A DNA stretch of 64,000 nucleotides from Microthyrium microscopicum. Lineage: Eukaryota. This document shows, piece after piece, positions 23,199 to 33,579 of this stretch (position 1 is its first letter; each line of letters starts with the position of its first letter). The stretch lies in contig MU004240.1 of the NCBI GenBank assembly GCA_010405405.1, forward strand, positions 1,022,882 through 1,086,881, given 5' to 3'. The position numbers were made by a program, and so were the translations under genes. Under the pieces are notes generated by a model that was given only the letters and a program-made list of their open reading frames with translations, did no database searches and had not been told where the DNA came from.

Positions 23199-23783
23199 TT
23201 ACATCTCCACCTTCCCCTGATACATCCCCTGATACCCATCCGTCTTCTCCGCCATCTCATGCACCACCATCTGCCCCAGCCGGGCATCGCGCCACAATCT
23301 CAGCCCGTATGGATTTATCACCTGCAAGAGCGCGCCTAACGCTCCGTGGTATCCACTGTCCATTACGCCGCCGCTTAGCAGTGCGCCGGAGCGGAATAGT
23401 GAACTGCGCACGTATAGCTCGCCCATGGCGTCGAGGGGCATGCCGAGCTTTTCGTTGAATTCGACGAGGTAGGCGCCTGCTGGGAGGTCGATGAAGCCTG
23501 GCTCCCTGGTCTCTGGGATACTTGTGTCAGTGACACTTGCATCGGACGCTGTGGCGGCGGTGGTGGTGGTGGTTGTGAGAGCAGGAGATGGCTGGAAGGG
23601 GATGATGGTGGTGTCGGCGAGTTTCCGCTGGCTGTTGTCAAAGTCGACGCTGCCGGAGGACGTAAAGGTGAGGACACGCTTAAGGGTGAGGTCGATGCCG
23701 CAGGGCTGGACTTGGGTGGCGCGGTTAACGATGCCGTGGGAGAGGATGTTTTTGGCTAGGGCGGTTTTGCCGGGGAGGATCAT
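23199..23783 (-). CDS. Trimeric dUTPase/dCTP deaminase superfamily protein (archaeal-dUTPase-like)
   Basis: Intronless. QVQPCGIDLTL, YVRSSLFRSG, GVMDSGYHG, ARLGQMV, C-terminal GYQGMYQG. Confidence 0.85.
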   Translation of the reverse strand: MILPGKTALAKNILSHGIVNRATQVQPCGIDLTLKRVLTFTSSGSVDFDNSQRKLADTTIIPFQPSPALTTTTTTAATASDASVTDTSIPETREPGFIDLPAGAYLVEFNEKLGMPLDAMGELYVRSSLFRSGALLSGGVMDSGYHGALGALLQVINPYGLRLWRDARLGQMVVHEMAEKTDGYQGMYQGKVEM

Positions 23784-24143
23784 GGTTGTGGAAAGAGGGT
23801 CGAGGGCGCTTTTACCAATTCTTGAAATGCTGAGCAAAATTGCAAGGTGAGGGTCAAAAATGTCTTTCGTTGATTTTTAAGCTGTGCTAATCAAAGGCTC
23901 TAAAATACGAACGACTGATTCTTCTGCTCTGAGTTCCTGCCAAAAGAAAATTGAAAAACGAGTTCCAAATCAAATCAGAGTCTGTTGAGAAAATAGAAGT
24001 AGAGTATCTCTCAGGCAACCAAAACCTACACGACAAGGGTGCTGTAGGATTTTGGCTTTTGCGAAGAAAATTGATCCTTTGAATAACGAGTCCAAGCCTT
24101 TCTAGTCACAATTAGGACGTTCCTTCGTTTCTGTCCCCATACT

Positions 24144-25681
24144 CTATCGTGGAAGCAGTACCTGCCATCTAGAAATGACCCGGAATGTGGACAGATCATC
24201 ATAGTCTCTCCCATCCTCATTGCCAATTAAGCCCACCGCTGGACACGTTGTCAACGCGATTCTTCTGCCTGTATACAGCGGCAACTTGAGGTGCTGAGAG
24301 TGATGAATATCATGAAAGTTCCAATCAAAGTGGACACTCGATTTAACGTCCTCCTCTGGAAGAGCCACAAGTAAGTGAGCTCCCCTGCTGTGTATTCGAA
24401 GGGCGAGACGAACGGCACGCAGGTAGATACGAGAAAGTACCACCGCGTCTGCCCACTCCATCGGCCTTTGAAGGAGTAGCTTGAGTGGTCCACGGACCAT
24501 TATGCCAACGGACTCTTCACATTTCTTGTTAAGAGAGTGTTTCATTTTATCCCTCACTAATGGGTTAGCTCCTGGGGAATTGCAGCCATGGAGAAAGTTC
24601 GCAAAGTCCTGTATTGTGTTTGCGCGCCAAAGCTGACTGGCTGGAAAGTCGCCTGGTAAAGTTAGCAAGTGGACATGGGATAGAGCGGGTGTGGAAACTT
24701 ACCTTTCATACGATGTTCGTACGAATCTGCGAAAGATAAGCCTGGGGGACGGTTTTGAGCATGGTCAAGTATCGACAAAGGTTTGCTGATGATCTCGAAG
24801 ACGAGGTTATACATGATCATGGCACTTGCTAAGTAGATCGGTGCTTCTTCCTGTTTGCTCAGGTCTCTCAGTGCGTAGTCCAGAGTATGTAGTTGAATGT
24901 TCTGGACAGCAATCGGGCTCCAGGCATTGCACAATATCTGAAAGTCGTCTAGGGTGTCTGCTCTGCTTTTAAGTTCATCAAATGTCGTGGAGCAGGTTTG
25001 GCGAGCCCATTTCTCAACATCATCTCGCATTTTACCCAAGAGGTACCCAATCTCTTTCTCTGTTATGGGGGGCTGAGGGTGAACGACCGAGTGGTGAGCT
25101 GGTATGACTCGGACAGGCGGCCAAACTTCTCGTTGTGGCTCTTGACGTAATGGTCTTTGACTGGCTTTTGCTGCCCGTGAAACATGCTGCCCAGAGTCTG
25201 TTTCTATATAATATCCGACGTATTCATTTTGATTTTTGTCGTTGTCCTGCTGAGTAGACCGGTTATCATTTACTGTCTGACTGGCTTTTGCTTCTCTTTG
25301 CTGCCTAGGGTCTGATTCGAAATGCCATCCGATTATTTCTTTTGGCATTTCACGGTTGTTCCCCTGGGTGGAATGGATATCCGTTACTGTCGTAGTATTC
25401 AGGAGCTTCGACCCTCTCTCATCGCCTTGGCCTAGTGGTGGGTTTCGACTCTGTGAACGAGCAAGAGATTTACTCCTTCTTCTTGCTTCTGGGCCAGGAC
25501 TTCGAGAATAGCTTCTTCTTCGATAATTCGATACTTGACATTGGCCCAAAAAATTCTGATCTGGCCGGTTTGACTGGACGTATCGATGATGTTGAGTTAC
25601 GTTTGGGGGATTGCACGCCGGGTTGAACCTCAGTTCGAATCTATATTCTGGGTAATCGTTGAAATCGTGATTATTTGACAT
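24144..25681 (-). CDS. Hypothetical protein: low-complexity N-half, helical C-half ending in a PAVGLIGNEDG.DY motif
   Basis: The 339-aa and 174-aa ORFs join in frame through intron 24702-24653 (GTAAGT..GCTAAC..CAG). Confidence 0.7.
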
Positions 25682-27080
25682 CTTGCAAGAGGCTGATAAT
25701 CGTAGCAGAAAATCGAAGATAGAGAGTTCTTCGTCTGTTGTAAATTTTATTTGTTCAGCACGGAAGATTTATTATGTGACAGGAACTAGTCAAGAACACA
25801 ACATTGCTAGGCATGGTAAGGCTTATATAGCCTCCAGATGGAAGAAAAGTAGTCAACTACGGATGAGCAAAGAACTAGCGTAGGCCCGGCGAGTACTTTC
25901 TCAGAGACTTTGCGATGTTTAGCCTTGGTACGATAAGCGTGTTCTCAATATGAAAAATGATGTTGGCTCTCGCCTAGCAGGCAAAGCTTTCATTTTTTCT
26001 TTGGTTGAAAAATATACGATGGTTCTGACCATAACTGTTAGTGAACCTAGACTCTTTAATCCGACCCAAAATCATCATCCAAATGTGAGATTATTGAAGT
26101 GGTACTCGGTAGGTAGCGATATGAAATTTAGCAACCGATGGGTCAAGTACCTTGAGTATCTGATGGAATAGATGTAGAAACCCAAAACACAACGTCTACG
26201 AAGAAGTTCTGTCATCTCAAGTTCTCAACTTAGCACAAGCCACAAGTTTACCCCATAGGTTCAACTTGGTTACGATAACATAGTAGAACTAACCGTAGGT
26301 ACCTTCGGCGATACCGCCAGGACAGGTGTTCATGAGAACTGAGAAATATCGGTACACTAACTCTTATCAGGACAAAAATTCTCTAGACTAGAACAGATAG
26401 CCAAACGGCGACCAAGGTTTCACTGAATATAAGTCCTTCGTATGACTAACTCACCTGCAGCAACATATGACTGGTGGCATTTTGGAACTGCAACGAGAGC
26501 AATCCTGCACCTTTATGAGTTTCTATGGCATGTTATGTAAGCCTTCTCTTCCGATCTGAGGATAAGTGAGGCACAATGATGTCTCCCACTTATCGAGGTC
26601 ACAGCCAGAAGACCTTCATTGTTGATGCAAATGTCTTTCAAGATTCACATTGATGTCAAATCTTGTCCTTATAACAGCACTACGTATGTGTTTGTGGCTT
26701 TGGGGCAATTTGATTGACTGCATTCGTGTTTTCTAAATGTATTGTTCAGTAGCAAGTTGGAAGATTAATAGGCCAAAGCAGGACGAAATGGCAACTTTGT
26801 AAAGTAAGAGAGGCTGATGCAATCACTCTGATCATATGTAGTATGACTTCTAGCGTCTTAACATCATTTATATTTCACAATTTAGCCAATATCACACCAA
26901 TCACGTTCTTGCGTTATATCATGGGATACGTTATTGTAATACGATCCATTCATTAGGCAGTCACTGTAGTCATGCTCTTGTGAGGAGGTATATAAAGGAG
27001 TCAGCTCTACTCATCGTGGGTTGTTTCGATCGGGCTTCTTGAACAAAAATTGAAACGAATTGCGATATTGAAGAACTACA

Positions 27081-28690
27081 ATGCAGGAAAACGCTTCAGC
27101 TGCCATCTGGCGCACAGTATTAGAGCCTCAATTGCGCATTCTATTGGAAGAGGTAAGATCACATAAATTGGTATGCTTAGCTCGATGTAGCATGGTACAG
27201 TAGCGATCGAATAGTTGCTGTTCTGAGAAGTGCTGATCTCCAACAATGTCCCAAATAAGTTGCCGATTTTTGTAGCACTTGATGGCAGATATAATGCGAA
27301 ATAGCATCCATGATACAATATGGGAGACTCAGGCTCATGGCTTAATCTAGGCAGGCAGCCAAGGCAGCGTATCGATTGAACCCACCATCGCGCGAGTTGG
27401 AGATCAGCTAGAGAACTATAAGATTCTTGGCCCTGCACCCAAGATTTCAGAAAATAAGCCCTGGTACATTTCCCCATTTAGTAGTTGCCGAGAGTCTATC
27501 ATCGGCTTCTGTGGCTCCCAGAACATACGGCGGTAGCCTTCGCGTGTCATGTATCACTGACATGCAACCGCGCCATGAGACTCCGAGGGCGCTATCTGAT
27601 ATCGAACTGTGAGCTGATAATAAACAGGCCGACAATCTTGGGAGAGGATCATACGCCTTTGCAATTGGAACTGAGCATCTCAAAATCGAAGATGGCGGTT
27701 CGCGTCATATTCGAGCCTATTTCTGCCACAACTGGCTCAAGTCACGACCCGATCAATTGGATCGCACCTTCAAAATACATCGTGCGCCTGGTAAACAAGA
27801 CCTATCCAGTGGAAATGCACTGGTATGATAGCCTGTGCTCCTACATGCTGCTTTGCTATCCCAATGATGCCCGGAAGAGCAGCCATGGGCTCTCGCAGCA
27901 AGTATTTGCTTTCGACGTAGATCGCCTTGGCCGCACTCGACCGAAGATGAAGGTCTACTTCAACCCGAACGCAAAGATAATGGCTGAGCTACATGTAGAC
28001 GAGGAACATAGACCCAGTTACCGTCAAACTCTGTTTAGGGATGCTTTGAGCTCCATTGGATTTGCTGAACCGTGGAGTCGTATTGAGGAATACCTGGTTC
28101 AAAGGGCTGAAAATGGTAAGCAAGTCTTCTTGGATGCTCTAAGCTGGGATACTTGCGAGCCCAGGAAGGCTCGGATGAAGATTTTCATACGATCCGATTG
28201 CACATCGCTCGAAGACTTGCTCTCGCACATCACTCTCGGTGGGACGCTGGCAAATGATAAGATCCACGAGACTGAACTTGCGGCGAAAGAAATGTGGAAT
28301 GCTTTCAAGAGTCATGAACAGGCCGTTACGGTAGCTTGCGGATACGAGTTGCGCCGTGGTCAGAACGAGCCAGTTGGTGTTGAGTGTAAGTGAAGATCTG
28401 ATGCTCGGTTGTCAGAAGTTTATTTAATTCTTCATGCAGTCCATTTCTATCTGAATGACTTCGGATCAAGCGATGAAGAAATCGCCCAGAAGCTTGATAG
28501 CTTTCTTGTTGGTAAGATGGGAAAATCGCCAGGATGGTACAAGGAGATGATTGAAAAGTTCTGCTCCTATCGACCATTGAGTTCTCGAACTGGGGTCCAG
28601 CTAAGTGTGGGAAGCACCGTCCGACATGGAAATTGGGATGTGACTGTTCATCTGTCACCCGAGGCGTACGCACCAGAGAGACGGATTTGA
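27081..28690 (+). CDS. DMATS/ABBA-family aromatic prenyltransferase, divergent (~397 aa)
   Basis: TATATAAA near 26990. Exons 27081-27152, 27351-27463, 27628-28385 and 28440-28690 are in frame. Motifs IW..L..LLEE|AG, LGPAP, W.TIL..DHTP, VRVIFEP..G..DPIN, KMKVYF, LSWD..ARMKIF, TLGG, YELRRG, SDEEIA. Confidence 0.75.
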
Positions 28691-28926
28691 GTGGGCGTTA
28701 AGTGCTAGATTATCAGCACATTACCAGAGGGTTCTGTCATAATCAGTTTACTGAAAGCTTATTTATTTATCTATCAAAGCCCCAAGGCCAGTCGGATGGG
28801 TTTGGTTACAGCGTGAGTCTGACATGCTAATTGATCAATAATACTCATTGTATGATACTTGGCACTTCAAGAATGCAGCAGCAAGGCACTGCATTCAAGT
28901 CAGCCAAGTCATGGGTTTCAGCACCA

Positions 28927-30202
28927 TCAATGTGATAAGTGAGCCGGAAACCACCCATACCAATCCGATCCAGGAACTGGGAGCTGTTGCTTTGCTTTGC
29001 GACGATACCGTACAAGTTCGTAGCTTTCACTGAGCCTTCTTAGATTCTCTTGCAACTTCTCTGGAGACTGTTGTAAAATGAACGTGTCATGGAGACAGTG
29101 AATATTAAGATTCCCATCTGGAAATTTCACTAAGTACGCCCCATCATGGTTTCGCGATGGACCTTCCATGAAATAGCGTAGAGAGATATTCTCGAGTTTC
29201 TCAAGCTTTGCCAGCGTACTAATGATGTATTCTGTTGGAGGGCCCGCTGGTGTCCAATACGATTGGAAATGGCTCCTCTCGACCACTTTCAGCGACGGGC
29301 TATGCCTGACCAGGAACTCTTGAAGATGATCCTGGGTCCAGTGAGGATCGGGGTTGACTCCGCAAAGGCTGAATCGAGGCTCATTAGGTGTGATCTCAGT
29401 GTCAAGAGGAAAATATATGTTTGGATGCCCGCTTGTCCCGGGAAATGTCTGCGGAAACACAAACGCCAATCGTTTCAGCTTGGGAAATGGAAGGCTAAGA
29501 AGCCAGCCCGGACTTGTCCTCTGCGCTAGATCTGCCAGATGAACACTGTCAGGCAATCGCTCCGGTCGGATAAGTGGGCTCGCTGAGTTGACAGACGACT
29601 AAAGCGTCCAGTAACATGCGTAGAAGGTAATGCCTTTCTAAAAGCCGCATGCGGTGCAATCCTATTTACAGTGGTGCCTATGTGAAGCCAGTGTGTATTT
29701 GAATTGGCAGTATAAAAGCCATCAAAGCAGCGAGACTGGCCAGAGAAGAACCATGAGTTCCTGTCTCAGTCAATGTGATTTTCCGAAGATTTGAAAGTCC
29801 TGAAAGAGCTTTGGCTAGTAGTACGACGTCTTGACGCCGTTCAGTTACATCGAGGCGATCCTCAAGCTCTCTATATAGAGGCTCGAGCAGACCAGATGAT
29901 AGGTATTTTTGAGGTAGTGGTAGATCAGCCCATGCAGTATTGGGATGAAGGGTCTCGCTGAGAATCAAATTTTGAGTCCAGCTGCCATCGCGGAAAATTG
30001 TGATTTGGTGACTTCAGCCAAGTTTTAAGCCCGTCACCAGTAAACTGAAAGCACTGTAAGACGAAGCATCGCTGGAAGATATGAAAAGTGATAAGCTGCA
30101 GTTCTCTGGATGTGAGCCTGAGTTGTTTGATGTCGTTCAAGTCAAGAAAGGAGAGGATCATGTAAAAAGTTTTGCCGGCAACGCGACAAGGGTGGGTTCC
30201 AT
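28927..30202 (-). pseudogene. Frameshifted F-box-domain gene remnant
   Basis: MEPTLVALPAKLF/YMILSFLDLNDIKQLRLTSREL is an F-box pattern that needs a +1 frameshift in a T run near 30165. Further frame breaks near 30025, 29995 and 29680-29560 have no clear intron signals. LRR-like tracts LSNLRKITL, FPKLKRLAF, LEKLENISL. Confidence 0.6.
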
Positions 30203-30532
30203 GATGCGTATGATGCGAAAGATGAAGAGAAGGCCTACATCTCGCTAACATTCGTATCCTTCTTATGTCGTGGTAAATCGATGGAAGTTGAGGGACCGAA
30301 AGCGATATTTAGAGCCTGATGAACTGGAGTTGGAGAACCATCTTATCTTATCCAATCTGTGGCCGGACTGTCTGTGCGCATTGTTTACATCCCCAAGTCC
30401 CACCTGCAACTCCCTGATCCTTTCAATTACACACCTTGCAATCGCAACCTCAAAGCAATCGCGACAATTCACCTTCCACAAACCAGTGAAGGAAGAACCT
30501 CCCCGCAGAGCACCTCGAACCAAGCAAGAGCC

Positions 30533-32055
30533 ATGCCTCCCCGCAAACCCAAAGCCCACATCTCCGCCCTCGTGGACCTCTCCGACGACGAACTCGGCTA
30601 CACCCAAACAGTCATGGCCGCCGACCCCGTCAAGCCAACTGGCACGCGCCGTCGTAGTCCGGCACGCGCGGTCAAGGCCGAAATACTCGAAAAATCCACA
30701 ACCGCGACTAAATCAAAAGCCAAAGCTGCCGCAGAACCAAAAGCGCGTCGCAATAACAAGCGCGCCGCACTGGACGATGTCACCAATACCGCGAATACAG
30801 AGGACACTGCAGATGATGTTGCTGCGCCACCAAAGAAGCGTGCTAAGAACGCGCCGAAAGCTGCTGCAAAAGGCCGCAAAAAGGCTGTTCCAGAGCCCGA
30901 GCCTGTGGAAGTGGAGGACAGCGAGCAGATGGACCTGACAGCTGCGGAAAGTACGGAGGTCGCTGTGTCGGTGGAAGAAGTTGTTGCACCGCTACCACAG
31001 ATTTCGTCTTCGCGGCCGGTGCCAGTAGCGCGAGCGCGATCGAGAAGCGCAAGTGTGGTACGAGAGCACATTCCCTCGTCAGCGCGGCGTAATGGAGGCG
31101 CGGCGGGCGATGCTGCTGTGCGGCGTAAATTGGGTGATCTGAGCAGCAAGTATGACGGGCTAGAGCTGCGATATAACAGTCTCCGGGATATCGCGACCGT
31201 TGAGGCGCAGACAAATTTCGAGAAGCTCAAGACCGCTACGGAAAAACAAACAAAAGGTGAGCCAACATTGCCAGATGCCTCTTTTCATGGAGCTAATAGA
31301 AACCAGCTCAAAATGAACTTATCGCGTCATTGCGCAAGCAAATTGCCTCGCAAAAAGACTTTATCACAGAAGCTAGTAATCTGCGCAAACAGCTCTCTAC
31401 GTCACAGTCGCAATATGAGAAGCTTTCGAACGAGACCAAGGTTCTTGCAGAACAGAATGACAGCTTGAAGCAGTCAAATACCAAGTCCCAGAACGATATC
31501 AAGGCCCTGCAGGCCAAGCTCGCCAGTGCAAGAGCTCAAGCAGAAAGTGCACAAAACGCAAAAGGCCCAGCAAACAAAACGACAGCCACGCCGAACGCGC
31601 TATCTGGAAAACTGAATGGCAATGAAATGTTGGCATTGAAAGAAGATCTTTACTGCGACGTTACGGGCTTGATAATTCACAGTGTGAAGCGCACAGATGA
31701 AGGCACGATTTATGACTGTTCACAGACTGGTCGGAACGGAAGTAAGTCTATCTTTCATCGCATATATTTGGAAGTTTACTAATGGCTTTTAGCACTTCGT
31801 TTCACACTCAACTTTAGGGAGAAGCCAGCCACTACGCCAGGAACATCAGTGTATGATGAGCCAGAGATTACTTACACGCCTATTCTGGATGAGAAGAATG
31901 ATAAACACCTGCTAGATATCCTGGAGGATTACCTGCTGGAGGAGATTGAGTTTCCACAGAACAATCTTCAACGACTATACACCACAATACGGGACGGTAT
32001 GACGAAGAAAGTTGTAATGGTAGATGAGGAGGACGATGATGACGATGACGAGTGA
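30533..32055 (+). CDS. PCS1: Monopolin subunit Csm1/Pcs1
   Basis: Introns 31257-31306 and 31742-31792. Coiled coil followed by KEDLYCDVTGLII..YDCSQTGRNG|TLRF..YTPILDE..LEDYLLEEIEF. Confidence 0.88.
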
Positions 32056-32455
32056 AACAAGCTGTTGATACTGGCTTGCAATGATTGACGGCTGGTGTAA
32101 TGGAGACTGGCAGCTGTCATCCATGATATATCTGCGGTTGAAAGAGGATTTTTGTCTTTAGCGTTGGTGCTTGGGTGATACCATTTGGGTTATCATAGGT
32201 CAATGGATTTCTGTTCGTTATTCGATCTCAGACTCTACACGTGAATTGTGCATGCTGAACTTCACGACATGTATATCACGCACAAAGAGGGGGACGAATA
32301 ATTGGCAATCAAGCCGCAACGAGATTTGACTCTCGAAGGGCGACACCTGGTTTGTGCAAATCGCTTGTAATTTTTGAGTTTTACCTGAACCACCTGTTTG
32401 GCAGTAATAACCCGGTCATGAAAAAGCCATTCACGCCATGCCCCAGTGATGCAAT

Positions 32456-33006
32456 CTACGTTCGTTGTTGACGATCGCCGTAGCGACGAGGGCGGTCCTG
32501 CTGTGCCTGTTGGGCAACAGCCTCGATGGTGGTTGGAATGCTGTCGAACTGTCGCAAATATCATGTCAGTAAATTGATTCACAACAGCAAAAGTTTGGAG
32601 AGGACGTACACCCATGCTCTTAAGCAAGTCCTTGGTATCTTGGTCGACGGTGATAGAGCCGGCCTCAGAGTAGTCGAGAGCAGAGACTTCAGGAACGTAT
32701 TGATCCTTGCGCTCACGCTCTTCTTCTTGGAGCTTGAAGGAGATACCGCGGACGGGGCCTCGTTGAATACGCTTCATCAAATGAGTGGTGAAGCCAGCAA
32801 TCTACCAAGCGCACTGTTAGCCTCTGCTCCAATTGGCAGGCTTGAAGACTCATTCTCACCTTGTTGCGCAGACGCTTGGAAGCAATGATGGCGATTTCAT
32901 CGCAGATTCGCTTGTTGGTCTCGAAGTCGAGGGTGAGCTTTGGGTAGTACCGCTCAATGATGACCTTGGCGGACTTTTTGACTGTCTTTGTTCGAACGCG
33001 ACCCAT
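32456..33006 (-). CDS. RPS17: 40S ribosomal protein S17 (eS17)
   Basis: [60 protein letters not shown]; two introns. Confidence 0.98.
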
Positions 33007-33579
33007 TTTGGCGACTTGTTGGAATGGCGGGACGGTGATGAGTGGTACTGTCTATCAAAGTTCGTGAGGATTGTGGTGGGTTGGTTGTAGATTTCTGTGT
33101 GGGCTTGGCGCGGACATTCTGGCAGTCCGTGCGCCAAAGCGGGGCGGAATCTCCTATCTTTTAGCGGAACTAACACAAAGTCTTGGCATAAAACAATTGT
33201 CAACAACAGGAGTGCAATAAACGTTAACATCTGCGGGTTGGATTGAAAATCATTAATCATTAGAAATCTCATTGGCTACTAGATACCACGCAAATCTGAT
33301 AAGCTAGCTTCTTCAAAAGAAAGCCACATTCATTTCTTCTTGCTTCCACTTTCCAAACTAAGATCAAATTGCCAGAGAGAATCCCACAACCCGCCCTTGC
33401 TTCGACCTCTGGCCTTGCTAGGCGATTCTACAGGTCCCCCAGAATTCGTCCGTGAAGGGGACATCCGAGATTTCGAGGGCGATGGGGTGGGTTCTTCTGC
33501 AAGTGGTGAAGTGGGTGTGTGACTTTCAGCAGGCTGGCCCTCCTACACATTGACAGTCAGCTCTTAGTCATTGCGAGAC

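Noticed and set aside
27076..27477. Minus-strand ORF with 'RWW..L.CL' resembling a DMATS N-terminus, suggesting an internal inversion of the prenyltransferase
   Set aside because: A plus-strand spliced model supplies the N-terminus in frame (LLEE|AG..LGPAP..PW|PT), so the resemblance is coincidental.
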